From Polyangiaceae bacterium (GTDB lineage Bacteria; Myxococcota_A; Polyangia; Polyangiales; Polyangiaceae), in contig JBILLK010000022.1 in assembly GCA_044376115.1 (NCBI GenBank), forward strand, positions 64,001 to 128,000: a stretch of DNA of 64,000 nt, written 5' to 3'. Shown one piece after another: positions 1 to 9,557 of the stretch. A model generated the notes under the pieces. The model did no database searches. It had not been told where the DNA came from and saw nothing but the letters and a program-made list of their open reading frames with translations. The stretch's first letter is position 1. Every line of letters begins with the position of its first letter. The translations under genes and the position numbers were made by a program.

Positions 1-1120
1 TGGCCTCTGCGCAGCGGAAGTCGCCCTTCGCCGCGTAGCCGGTACCGCTTACGTCGATCCGTCGCGCAGCGAGCACGAAGCAGCGCACGGTCATCTCGTT
101 GCGCGTCAAGGTGCCGGTCTTGTCGGTGCAAATGACCGTCGCCGAGCCCAGCGCTTCCACGGCAGGCAGGCGGCGCACCAGCGCGTGCATACGAGCCATG
201 CGCTGCATCCCGACGGCCAGCGTCATCGTGGTCACCGCGAGCAGCCCCTCGGGCACGGCGGCGATCGCTAGCGAAACGCCGACCTCGACCATGAACAAGA
301 ACGGATGACCGCGCAGCCAACCGACCAGGATGATCACCACGCACAGCACCAGCACGACCACCAGCAGCGCTCGGCTCAGCTGCGCGAGCTTGGCCTCGAG
401 CGGCGCGCTGCGTTCGCCGGCCTGCTCGAGCAACCTGCCGATCGTGCCCATCTCGGTGCGCATCCCCGTCGCGGTAACGACGAACGCCCCGCGACCTCCG
501 GTGACCGCGGTCCCGAGATGCACCATGCTCAGCCGCTCCGCGAGCGGGGCTTCGCGGTCAGCGATGGGAGCCGCTGATTTGGCAACCGGGAGCGACTCGC
601 CAGTGAGCGCCGATTCGTCGAGCTGCAGCTGAGCGTCGTCGATGATGCGGCCATCGGCTGGAACCCGATCGCCCGCAGCGAGCAGCACCACATCGCCTTG
701 CACGAGCTCTTCGGCGTTGAGACGCCGCTCCTCGCCCTCGCGCAGCACCCGAGCGTGGGTGACAGCCTGTTTACGCAGCGAAGCCAACGCCTTCGCGGCC
801 TTCCATTCAGTCGCAAATCCAATCAGTGCGTTGAGCGCGATCACCACCAGGATGGCGATGGCCTCGACGATCTCACCGAGCACCAGCGCGACGCCGCCGG
901 CCGCCACCAGCAAGAGCACGATCAAACTCTTGAACTGGTTCATCACGATCGAGAAGGCCGAGCGTTGCTTGGCCTCGTCGAGCGTGTTGGGGCCGTCCTG
1001 TTCGAGCCGAGCGGCGGCCTCGCCTGCGCTTAGCCCTCGCGCGAGATCGACCTTAAGCTGCGCGGCGATCGAGCCGACAGGGTCCGAATGCCACGCCTGG
1101 GCGTCGGTGTTACCCGGCAC
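1..1120 (-). CDS. Cation-transporting P-type ATPase (type II-like), truncated at the window edge
   Basis: Minus-strand reading gives TVICTDKTGTLTRNEM (phosphorylation motif, ~95-136), in frame with GTG at 1120 (VPGNTDAQAWH...). PEGL and TGES motifs are also visible. Not in the ORF track because it runs off the edge. Confidence 0.92.
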   Translation of the reverse strand, partial: MPGNTDAQAWHSDPVGSIAAQLKVDLARGLSAGEAAARLEQDGPNTLDEAKQRSAFSIVMNQFKSLIVLLLVAAGGVALVLGEIVEAIAILVVIALNALIGFATEWKAAKALASLRKQAVTHARVLREGEERRLNAEELVQGDVVLLAAGDRVPADGRIIDDAQLQLDESALTGESLPVAKSAAPIADREAPLAERLSMVHLGTAVTGGRGAFVVTATGMRTEMGTIGRLLEQAGERSAPLEAKLAQLSRALLVVVLVLCVVIILVGWLRGHPFLFMVEVGVSLAIAAVPEGLLAVTTMTLAVGMQRMARMHALVRRLPAVEALGSATVICTDKTGTLTRNEMTVRCFVLAARRIDVSGTGYAAKGDFRCAEA

Positions 1121-1502
1121 GCGGCGCCCGAAGGGCGTCGGTTCGCCGGAAGTACCTTTTTGCATACGCGAGGAACTGCCCGTCGGTGGGATGGTCCTGC
1201 GTCGCGATGCCGACGACGCGCCGCTCGGGAGCCAGCTCACGCTGGTGCACGAACTTGAGCAGCTCCCGCTTCGCAGTGGGCGGCCCGACGATCAGCACCT
1301 CTTTGGCGCCCTCGAGGCCGCGCGCTACCTCGTGAAGAAATAGCCTGGCCGCCTCCGGTTGTGCGCCCGTTGTGGGCGGAGCTTGCCTTTCGTGCAGGTC
1401 GTGCAGCGGCGCCGCGACGCGCCTGGCTTCAATGCGGTCGGCTTCGATGTCGAAGATCCGAGCTTCCTTGTGATCGATCCAAACAGCGACATGCTTCGTC
1501 AT
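1110..1502 (-). CDS. eRF1-like / host-attachment-family small protein ('translational machinery protein')
   Basis: AVWIDHKEARIF N-terminus and VLIVGPPTAK are typical of this family. Confidence 0.7.
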   Translation of the reverse strand: MTKHVAVWIDHKEARIFDIEADRIEARRVAAPLHDLHERQAPPTTGAQPEAARLFLHEVARGLEGAKEVLIVGPPTAKRELLKFVHQRELAPERRVVGIATQDHPTDGQFLAYAKRYFRRTDALRAPRAG

Positions 1503-1542
1503 CGTGACGGTCTCCCAATCGGTGGGTGCACTGCGTTCGTAG

Positions 1543-2287
1543 TCATCCGAGCGTTACGCCCAGCAAGCGTCCAATCAGCGCGGTCACCAGCATGGCCAAC
1601 GCTCCGCCGAGGGTGACGCGCAAGGCGGCTCGGCCGGGTGCAGCGCCACGAGGTATCCGCCAAACGCCCCGAGCGCCGCCAAACTCAACAGCGAAAGCGA
1701 CGCGATCGTCGCAATTCGCAGGCTGGTGGGGGCGAGCAGCAGGGCGGCAATCGGCACCAGGGCGAAGGAGCCAAAGCTCGCCGCCGAGATCCAGGCCGCC
1801 TGCACCGGGCGCGCGAGCGAGGTCGGATCGAGGCCGAGTTCGTCACGCATATGCGCGCCCAGCGGGTCGCGGGCGCTCAGCTGCTGGGCGACCTGCAGCG
1901 CGAGATCCTTTTCGACACCGCGCTTGACGTAGATCAACGCTAGCTCCGAAAGCTCTGCGGCCGGCGTTCTCTCAGCTCGCGCGCCTCGCGCTCGACGTCG
2001 GCTCGTTCGGCGTCCCTTTGCGAGCTGACCGAGACGAACTCGCCGACGGCCATCGACATCGCGCCGGCCACCAGCCCAGCGACGCCAGCGACCAAGATCG
2101 CCTCCTTCGAAGCGGCGGTGGCAGCGACGCCGATCATCAGACTGGCGGTGGAGACGATCGCGTCGTCGGCGCCGAGCACCGCGGCGCGCAGCCACGCCGC
2201 GCGGCCGCTGCGATGACCTTCAGCCTGCGGCTGTGCGCGCAGCGAAGCGACGCTCTTTCCGTTACCGGTGCGTGCGAAGGCGGCCAC
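1543..2287 (-). pseudogene. VIT1/CCC1 Fe/Mn transporter with two frameshifts (~1968 and ~1650)
   Basis: WLRAAVLGADDAIVST...AGAMSMAVGEFVSVSSQRD in one frame, ELALIYVKRG...HMRDELG in a second, and RAALRVTLGGALAMLVTALIGRLLG-stop(1543) in a third. Confidence 0.85.
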
Positions 2288-2290
2288 GAA

Positions 2291-2569
2291 TCACGAGGCG
2301 GCGGCGGGAGGTCGGGCCTCTAGCTGCGTGATGATCTTGTTCCAGGTGTTCTCGTGCACGGCCTTGCGCGGCAACACGCGCCCCATCGACTCGGCGTGGC
2401 CTTTGGCACGCTGTACGCCTTGTGCGAGTTGCTTCAGGTCGACGTATTCATCGCCGTCCGCGAGCCCGGTAGCAGTCTCCGCGGTGCTCACGCTGGCGAC
2501 CTCGGCGTCCGAAAGGAGCTTCATGATGCTGTCCCGCGTGAGGTAGTCGTTGCGACTGTCGTTCTTCAT
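2291..2569 (-). CDS. Small hypothetical protein
   Basis: ATG at 2569 gives MKNDSRNDYLTRDSIMKLLSD..., a globular-looking 92 aa protein in the same-strand gene run. Confidence 0.7.
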   Translation of the reverse strand: MKNDSRNDYLTRDSIMKLLSDAEVASVSTAETATGLADGDEYVDLKQLAQGVQRAKGHAESMGRVLPRKAVHENTWNKIITQLEARPPAAAS

Positions 2570-2838
2570 AGGCTCGCCATCAAGCAAGACGGGGGCCGCG
2601 CGAGCCGACGCTCGGGACGCGGAGAATTGCCTGGTTTGCGCGCCAGACTGCAACCGGGCCAGACGCCGAGGACGAACGACGCTGTCAAAGTGATGCTGCC
2701 GCACCACCCTTTTGAAGGAGTGCGCGCCACGATGGAACCCGTGGGCGGCGATCGAGCGCGCCCGACCAGCGGCTCACAACCTGCAATCAACAGGGCGCTA
2801 CGCAACCTGCGTCCTGAACATGAGGTTCCACGAGCCGT

Positions 2839-3321
2839 ATGAAGCCCACACAGCATGAACACTTCTCTGACCTGCTCTCGCATGACCACGCGCGGCTCGA
2901 CGCCATGCTCAGCTCGCTGCTCGAGCTCACCCATGTGAACGCTCAACCAGCGCTCGACGTGCAATGGGGGGCCTACGAAACGAGCCTGCTCGCGCACCTC
3001 GACGCCGAAGAGATGTTCCTCCTTCCCGGGCTGGCCAAACAGGATTCGTTGCACGCCGATCGTATTCGGGCGGAGCACGCAAAGATCCGTGAACTCTTGG
3101 CCGAGGTCGGCGTAGGGCTCGAGCTGCATCTGGTGCGCGAGTCCCAAATGCTCGAGCTCGCGCGCTTTCTCCGCGAGCACGCGAAGATGGAGCAGGAGCC
3201 GCTGTACAGCTGGGCCGACCGTGCGATCGCTCAGAGCAGCTTCGCGTTGGTCCGCAATCGTCTGCGCGACACCTGGCGCCGATTGCGCCCCGCGTCGACG
3301 CCGCCGCGCGCGCAGCTGTAG
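2839..3321 (+). CDS. Hemerythrin-domain protein
   Basis: DHARLD, HLDAEE, EHAKIR and EHAKME are hemerythrin-like H/E metal-ligand motifs. Confidence 0.85.
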   Translation: MKPTQHEHFSDLLSHDHARLDAMLSSLLELTHVNAQPALDVQWGAYETSLLAHLDAEEMFLLPGLAKQDSLHADRIRAEHAKIRELLAEVGVGLELHLVRESQMLELARFLREHAKMEQEPLYSWADRAIAQSSFALVRNRLRDTWRRLRPASTPPRAQL

Positions 3322-3327
3322 CGCGCG

Positions 3328-4062
3328 CTAGCGAAAGCCGAAGAGCACGAAGCCGAAGACGCTCGGACCGGCGACATCCCGCGTGAGTTGCCGGGCGATC
3401 GGCGATCCTTCGACCACGCGATAGTTCGCGCCGACGCCGAACCGGGTCTGATTCACCGTCTCCGCCTCGAGCGTGAACTGCGGGGCGACGATCAGCACCT
3501 TCGCTGCCGGATAGGGCTCAGTCGCGTCGATCTTGTAGCGCAGGTTCCCGACCCCGACGAACAGCGACGCGACGGGCTGCATGAGTGCACGAGGCAAGAG
3601 CAGCGCACCGAAGAAGCCGCCGGCACCGAGCGCGTCGCGCTGCGCGTTGGCCGGGACGCCATCGGCCGTGGCCAGCGGAAGCTGCCGGGCCAAGCCGAAA
3701 CCGCCACCGCCGAGCAACAAGCGCTCGGCGAGCACGTGTCCACCGTAGCCGCCGCGCACGTCGGAGGAACCCCCCGCCAGCTCAGTGAAGACGTACGAGT
3801 GGACCGGCGGTCGCGGTGCGCGTGGGGTCGTGGTCAGTCGCAGACAGCCGTCACACTCAGGCGAGCGCAAAGGGAGCGGCACGCTGGCCCACTCCGTCGC
3901 GATCGAGCGTTGCTCAGGTGGCAGCGGCTCGTCGAAGGCGTCGCTGGTCGCCTCGACCTGCGCAATCCCGACCGCCCGCGGCTCGGCCGCGAAGACGCTG
4001 GCCGGGCCGACGACCGCCATCGCGCAGAGTGCCCAGAGCGGAAGGCGCTCGCGATGGTTCAT
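3328..4062 (-). CDS. Secreted / outer-membrane beta-strand-rich hypothetical protein
   Basis: Signal-peptide-like start (MNHRERLPLWALCAMAVV..A), alternating beta strands, aromatic C-terminus (FGFR). Confidence 0.6.
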   Translation of the reverse strand: MNHRERLPLWALCAMAVVGPASVFAAEPRAVGIAQVEATSDAFDEPLPPEQRSIATEWASVPLPLRSPECDGCLRLTTTPRAPRPPVHSYVFTELAGGSSDVRGGYGGHVLAERLLLGGGGFGLARQLPLATADGVPANAQRDALGAGGFFGALLLPRALMQPVASLFVGVGNLRYKIDATEPYPAAKVLIVAPQFTLEAETVNQTRFGVGANYRVVEGSPIARQLTRDVAGPSVFGFVLFGFR

Positions 4063-4069
4063 GCTCGAG

Positions 4070-4549
4070 CTAGCTCTTGTCGACCAAGTCTTTGAGTACG
4101 TCCCACTGAGCATCCAGCTCCTTCTTGGCTTGATCCCACGTGGTCGCGGTGGTGGCCTCGAGCGAAGCGTGCGCGGCTGTATAGCGCTCGCGAGCGGAGT
4201 GAATGTTGATGAGCGAGGCGTCGAGGTCGGCCTTGCTCTTGCCCTTCAGCGTCTTCTGCTTCGCCTCCAAGCCCGCGATATCGAGGTCGAGATCGGCGAG
4301 CGCGAGGCTCGTCGAGTGACGGTAGTCATTGCGCATCTTGGTGAAGGCTGTCTGCGCTTCGGTGATCTTCACGTTGGCCTCGTCTTGCGAGACGCGGTTC
4401 TTCTCTGCACGCTCGGCGTCAGCATCCGCGATCTCGTTATCCGCGGTGCGCTGTGCGTTGGTCGCCTTGCTTTGCTCGGTGGTGGTGCGACAAGCAGCGG
4501 AGGAGACAAGAACGAGGGCGACGAGGCTCGTGAGCAAACGATGATTCAT
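4070..4549 (-). CDS. Helical lipoprotein
   Basis: Lipobox-like SSAAC followed by coiled-coil/amphipathic helices. Confidence 0.75.
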   Translation of the reverse strand: MNHRLLTSLVALVLVSSAACRTTTEQSKATNAQRTADNEIADADAERAEKNRVSQDEANVKITEAQTAFTKMRNDYRHSTSLALADLDLDIAGLEAKQKTLKGKSKADLDASLINIHSARERYTAAHASLEATTATTWDQAKKELDAQWDVLKDLVDKS

Positions 4550-4742
4550 ACGTTTTCCTTGGTAAGGGCTCCGCTGAAGGCGGATGCAGCTACGCAGCGC
4601 AGTGCATCCGCCGTGCCGGAGAACGCAGCGCCTCGCTGCTGCGGAGCGGCGCCCCGCGCGTGGGATCCGCCTCTCGCCTCCGTGCGCTGGCGCTCAGGTG
4701 AGACAGCCTTGCTGCCACACCCGGCGAGCGCTGCGCGCAGCT

Positions 4743-5306
4743 TCACTCACTGCCTCGAAAGCCAGCCGACACTCGCCCATCATTGGCTCTGCGGAGCGCG
4801 CGCAGCTCGTCGCTCCGGCGCCCCCCAAGGAGATGCTTGTGGACGACCTGACCGTCGTGTCGTTGAAGAATGTGGCGCGCGCGCTCTGCACCGTCGTGCG
4901 AGCTTCGCTCCACGCTCACCAGCACGCATCCGCGCTTGAGGCAGGCCGTCAGGTCGTGAAGCATCGGGTCGGACTGACTTGAGCCGGCAAAGAGGGCGGT
5001 GATCACCCCCGCGAGCGCACCGCCGAAGGTGGTCAACGCGAGCAGACCGACCGAGCCATCGGTTACCGCTACCGCGGTGAGACCAATCATCAAACCGAGG
5101 ATGGAACCTCCCGCGCCGAAGCGCGCGATCATGCGCGAAAGCCCTGTCTCGAACAGCAAGAGTTCGGAGCTTGGCAATTCGTCCAGCCGGCCTCGATGGA
5201 GGACGACCGAACCGGCTTGGTCCTCCGAGCCTACGAGCTCGAGTTCGGCGACGGCGCGGGTAGCGTTGTTGGGATTCTCGAATAGCGCAAACATGGAGTG
5301 GGACAT
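4743..5306 (-). CDS. Membrane protein (stress-protein / glycine-zipper-like)
   Basis: N-terminal ALFEN..A.RAV.EL strand-helix, two Gly-rich TM segments, C-terminal LKRGCVLVSV. Confidence 0.65.
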   Translation of the reverse strand: MSHSMFALFENPNNATRAVAELELVGSEDQAGSVVLHRGRLDELPSSELLLFETGLSRMIARFGAGGSILGLMIGLTAVAVTDGSVGLLALTTFGGALAGVITALFAGSSQSDPMLHDLTACLKRGCVLVSVERSSHDGAERARHILQRHDGQVVHKHLLGGRRSDELRALRRANDGRVSAGFRGSE

Positions 5307-5342
5307 TCACTTAGGCGAGCAAAGCGCGCGCCATTCGCGCGG

Positions 5343-6080
5343 CTAGTTGCCGCTGGCACCACCGCCGCCCGATGAGCCGCCGCCACCTCCACCACCGCCA
5401 AAACCGCCGCCGCCACCGAAGCCGCCACCGCGACCGCGGCTAGCGACCGAGAGCACGCTGCCGAGCAGCCAAAACACCGCCGAGCGCGACGAACGTGGGA
5501 TCAACGCGAGCAGGAACGCGCCCACCGCAAGCAGCAACACCCAGGGGAAGCCTTGCTTCGGCGCTGAGCTGGGGGGTGCGGTTACGCCTGCTCCAAGCTG
5601 GGCTTCGATCGCCTGGGTCGCCACCTCGGCCGCCTGCGTCACATCGCCCTCGCGCAGCACCGCCGAAATGCCACGCAGGATCTCCGCCGCCTGCAGATCG
5701 GTGAGCTCGCCGCCAACGCCTTTGCCGGTCTCGATACGCGAAGCATGTTCGAGCTGCGCGAGCACGAGTAGCACGCCATCGTCCCGCTGACGGTCGCCCA
5801 CGCCCCAAGCGTTGAAGGCGCGGTAGGCGAGGTCCTCAATCGGCTCACCGTCGAGCGTGCGTACCGCGTACACCACGATCGCGAAGCCGTGAGCCCGCTT
5901 CACCTCGGCCAAGCGCTGCTCGAGCTCGGCCTGCGCAGCGCTCGCGATCAGGTCATCGGGATCGACGACGTAGCCAACCAGCGGCGGCAGAGCGCGCTCG
6001 GCCTGGACGATGCCAGGGGTGACGAGCGCCCCCAGGGTCCAAGCGGTGATCAGCGCAACCCACGCGAACAGGCCTTTCAT
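5343..6080 (-). CDS. TPM-domain (YgcG-like) membrane protein
   Basis: WGVGDRQRDDGVLL, RIETGKGVGGELTD, Gly-rich tail GGSSGGGGASG; adjacent to LemA as is typical. Confidence 0.92.
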   Translation of the reverse strand: MKGLFAWVALITAWTLGALVTPGIVQAERALPPLVGYVVDPDDLIASAAQAELEQRLAEVKRAHGFAIVVYAVRTLDGEPIEDLAYRAFNAWGVGDRQRDDGVLLVLAQLEHASRIETGKGVGGELTDLQAAEILRGISAVLREGDVTQAAEVATQAIEAQLGAGVTAPPSSAPKQGFPWVLLLAVGAFLLALIPRSSRSAVFWLLGSVLSVASRGRGGGFGGGGGFGGGGGGGGSSGGGGASGN

Positions 6081-6085
6081 GGCCG

Positions 6086-6697
6086 TTAGAAGGACACGGC
6101 GGGCGCTGCTTGTACGTCGGCGCTGGTGGCATAGAAGACCTTGGGCGCGAAGGCTTTGCCGGTGGCCTTGTTCACTACTTGACCGCGCACCCGGCCGATC
6201 GCCGCGTTGTAGGCGCTGACGGCAGCGTTGTATTCCTCGCGCGCGCGCAGTAGCCGGTTCTCCGTTCCTTCCAGCTGCACCTGCAGATCGCGGAAGCTCT
6301 GATTGGCTTTCAGATCCGGGTACTGCTCCTGGACCACCAAGAGGCGTGAAAGCGAGTTCGAGAGACCTTCTTGGGCCCGTTGGAAGGCGAGCATCTTGGC
6401 CGGATCATCGAGATCCTCGACGCTGAGCTTCACGCTGGTTGCCAGGGCTCTCGCTTGAATCACCGCCTCCAGGGTGCCTCGCTCATGCGCGGCAGAGCCC
6501 TTCACCACCGCGACCAACTGCGGCACGAGATCATGCCGCCGCTGCAACTGGGCCTCCACGTTTGCCCAGCGCTCCGCCACGATCACCTCTTTTTCCACGA
6601 GTTCGTCGTAGCTCGAGCAATTCGTCAGCAGCGCGATGGGAACTGCGACGAGAACCGCGAGCACGGTTCGAACGAAAAATCCGAGGGATGTCGACAT
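6086..6697 (-). CDS. lemA: LemA family protein
   Basis: WANVEAQLQRRHDLVPQLV, YPDLKANQSF, QLEGTENRL. Confidence 0.95.
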   Translation of the reverse strand: MSTSLGFFVRTVLAVLVAVPIALLTNCSSYDELVEKEVIVAERWANVEAQLQRRHDLVPQLVAVVKGSAAHERGTLEAVIQARALATSVKLSVEDLDDPAKMLAFQRAQEGLSNSLSRLLVVQEQYPDLKANQSFRDLQVQLEGTENRLLRAREEYNAAVSAYNAAIGRVRGQVVNKATGKAFAPKVFYATSADVQAAPAVSF

Positions 6698-6756
6698 GAG
6701 AGCCTCCGCTTGCTTCACGAGGTAGCTGCGCGCAGGGGCGCGCAGCCGCGTTGGCC

Positions 6757-7044
6757 TCACGGGACGACCTGCCCACACAACCCGCCGCAATCGAAGGCCC
6801 CTTCGACGCAATCCTTGCCGTCGAGGCAGTTCTCACAGGTCGAAACATCGTCGGCAAAGACGTCGTTATCGGCGTTCTCTTCACAACGATTACGACACAC
6901 GTCGACGTCGAACTCCGGGTCGAAGCAGTCTTGGTACTTGTCGCAGATGTTTTGACAATCGGTGAGCACATCGATCGCGTTGCACGAGGCGAACGAGATC
7001 AGCGCGACGAATCCAAGCGATAGACAACCTGCAATGCTTTTCAT
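6757..7044 (-). CDS. Small Cys-rich lipoprotein
   Basis: Signal ending FASC, followed by 10 Cys in CxxxC patterns. Confidence 0.75.
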   Translation of the reverse strand: MKSIAGCLSLGFVALISFASCNAIDVLTDCQNICDKYQDCFDPEFDVDVCRNRCEENADNDVFADDVSTCENCLDGKDCVEGAFDCGGLCGQVVP

Positions 7045-7266
7045 GCAAACGCTTGAGCATGAATCAGGCCGCCGCTGCAGCGCTCGCAATCTGCCGCATC
7101 CGACTCTAGCGGACCGCGCCAGCGTGCAACGCCGAGATCAAAGTCAGTCGTTCGAGCCAACGAGGCCATCGATTTGATGGCAGCTCGGCGCGACGTTGAA
7201 CCGTTCGCCACGGGCCTCGTGTGCGCGATCCCATCGCACTTCACGCGGCCCGCGGACAACACGATT

Positions 7267-7713
7267 TCAGTTGATGGTGAACGAGTAGTCGCGGCCGTCG
7301 GTGCAGGAGTTGCCGAGACGATCGAACTCCTGCGAGACCTCGTCGCCCCAGCCTCCAACCTTGTCGTTCTTGAAGAACACCTTGAACGTGAGCTTGCTCC
7401 CTTCCGGGGCGTGCTGCAGTTTCTGGTTATTCCAGGTGTGGTGGCCGCCGTTCTTTCCGATCTCGGTGTCTGCGAGGTCCTCCGAGTGCGCCGTGCCCTT
7501 CCCGTCAATCCTGTAGCTGATCTTGGTCACCTTGATCTGGTCGCTCTTTTGGTTGATGACCTTGATGTCCACGTTGTTGCAGCTGGTGCCGAGCTCGACC
7601 GCATCGCCGACGTCCGCGTCAGACGCTGATGAGGAATCCAAGACCATGGGCGCGCCCACAGACGTACCGATACCGAAGACACCGAGAAGACCCAGGACGA
7701 CGAACTTGATCAT
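7267..7713 (-). CDS. Secreted beta-rich hypothetical protein
   Basis: Signal peptide, lysine-rich globular sequence with two Cys. Confidence 0.75.
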   Translation of the reverse strand: MIKFVVLGLLGVFGIGTSVGAPMVLDSSSASDADVGDAVELGTSCNNVDIKVINQKSDQIKVTKISYRIDGKGTAHSEDLADTEIGKNGGHHTWNNQKLQHAPEGSKLTFKVFFKNDKVGGWGDEVSQEFDRLGNSCTDGRDYSFTIN

Positions 7714-7965
7714 GACGTAGTGCTCCTTGCTGAACGCGGGATTGGGGACGCGACCTGCGGCTCCGTTTCATCCCGTCGAGAGCCCTTCAGCAACGCCCAT
7801 GCCGCACGCAACATCCCGGAATTGCCAACGATTTTTCGCGGCACTGTCTACGCCGCTGGACACTGCGGGTGTCCAAATTCATGGACTGTCGAAAAGGCAG
7901 GACATGAGGTGTTGGCCACGAAACGGTGCCCGGCAACGCGTTCGTTGCGGCCGTCCTCCCGTGCG

Positions 7966-8727
7966 CTAGGTCGTGCGAGCCGAAGGCTCGCAAGGGAGCC
8001 GGCGACAAGCGCCGGCGCCCGGGTAGAAGCGGCCGTTGGCCCCGGGCGCGGCGTAGCCATTGATCAGCACACGGCGCGGCACCGCGGAGTGATTGGGCGC
8101 GCTGCCGTGCACGGCCCACGGACCGAAGAACAGCACGTCGCCCGCTCGGCCAAGCACCTCGACACAACGCGATGGGTCGACCGAACCGGGCACGAGCCGA
8201 CCGCGCGCATCGAAGCTCGCCGCTTCCGCCGGGACGAACTCGAGCGGGCCGTTCTCGTGGTTCATGTCGTCGACGAGCAGGATGGTCTGCACGTACGAAC
8301 CGCGACCGTTCACATCGCGCCAGGTATCTCCGCCTTTGTCGCGGTGCTGGATGTCTTGGTGCCAATCGAAGGCCACACCGTCGTTGGGCATCTTGAAGTG
8401 CGCCTGACAGAGGAGCTGCTCACACGCCGGCGTGCCCAAGAGTTCGAGCGCAGGTTCCAACAGCCGCGCGTCCTCGCTCAGCCGCAAGAGCGCGGGCTCC
8501 ATCCCGCCGGCCCATACAACTCGCTGCACCACCACCGGGCCCTGCACGCGCGACTCAATGGCGAAGAACGCGCCCGCATGATCGCCGGTCTTGCTGAGCC
8601 CCTGCGCCGTCTCGTAGAGCCGCTCGAAGGCCGCGCGTACAACCGCAACTTCTTCGGCCGTAAAGACCTCACGCAGCACAAAGAAGCCGCGTTGATCGAA
8701 GTCGCGCCGCTCTACCTCGCTGAGCAC
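7966..8727 (-). CDS. Phytanoyl-CoA dioxygenase (PhyH) family 2OG-Fe(II) oxygenase
   Basis: F..RGFFVLREVF, WHQD, AGDVLFF...VHGSAPN.S..PRR. Confidence 0.9.
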   Translation of the reverse strand: MLSEVERRDFDQRGFFVLREVFTAEEVAVVRAAFERLYETAQGLSKTGDHAGAFFAIESRVQGPVVVQRVVWAGGMEPALLRLSEDARLLEPALELLGTPACEQLLCQAHFKMPNDGVAFDWHQDIQHRDKGGDTWRDVNGRGSYVQTILLVDDMNHENGPLEFVPAEAASFDARGRLVPGSVDPSRCVEVLGRAGDVLFFGPWAVHGSAPNHSAVPRRVLINGYAAPGANGRFYPGAGACRRLPCEPSARTT

Positions 8728-9092
8728 GGCTCGAGTGTAGCTGGCGCGCGGAGGGTCTCCGAATTTGTGGCAGGTGCGTGGGTGTCACTTCGAGGCCGGT
8801 GTGCGAAAGCGGCAGCCTGGCATCGACGAGCGTGAACTGCGGCTGCGGGTGGCTTCCCTACGGCTGCCACGCGAGACCATGATCCGCGCCTTCGGCTGGG
8901 ATCCAGACGCAGCAGGGCCCTAGCCGATGTCTGCTCGCGCTGCTCAACGCAGCGCCCTTCCCTTAATTGTACCGGCCTTCGATACAATCCGATTCGGATC
9001 ATGCGGATGGTCCCGACCCAGAACGGGCCGTACACCGAGGGTGTCAGGACGCCGTCGCACTTGTTTGGATCGTCGGCTCGAAAGGACTCAGC

Positions 9093-9557
9093 ATGAACCG
9101 TTCGTCGCGTTTTTCGGATCCCACGTCTCCCGAGGGTCGGGCTCTCGCTGCCGCGGTGCGCGTCGCACTCGGCTCGGGGCTCGTGGTCGCGTGTGGAGGT
9201 CGCCTCGCCGAGCCAGAACCGTCGAGGCTGCCACCGTCCACTACGAACCCTGCCGCGACCACTCCGGCCAATTCGGCTCCTGGTCCGGTTTCGCAGACGC
9301 TGGAGTCGTGCGAGGCGCGCCTCGAGGCGGCCTTTCCCGGTGGTGGCGCGCCTTTCTACGTGAACGATGTCCCGCGATCGACCGATCCGCTGCTGGTCGC
9401 CTGCTGCCAGCAAATCGAGGCGGCCGCGTCGGGGCTCGATGCAACCGAGAGGATTCGGAGCTCGGGCTGTTGCCACGTCGCCTCAACCGACACGACCGGC
9501 GCGTGCACGCCTTGGGGCCCACCGGTTCCGCCCGCGATGCCCGCGAGGCTCGCGTGA
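9093..9557 (+). CDS. Cys-rich lipoprotein ending in CTPWGPPVPPAM
   Basis: AAGGA RBS before ATG 9093; lipobox LVVAC; two CC pairs; stop overlaps the next start (GTGA). Confidence 0.75.
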   Translation: MNRSSRFSDPTSPEGRALAAAVRVALGSGLVVACGGRLAEPEPSRLPPSTTNPAATTPANSAPGPVSQTLESCEARLEAAFPGGGAPFYVNDVPRSTDPLLVACCQQIEAAASGLDATERIRSSGCCHVASTDTTGACTPWGPPVPPAMPARLA

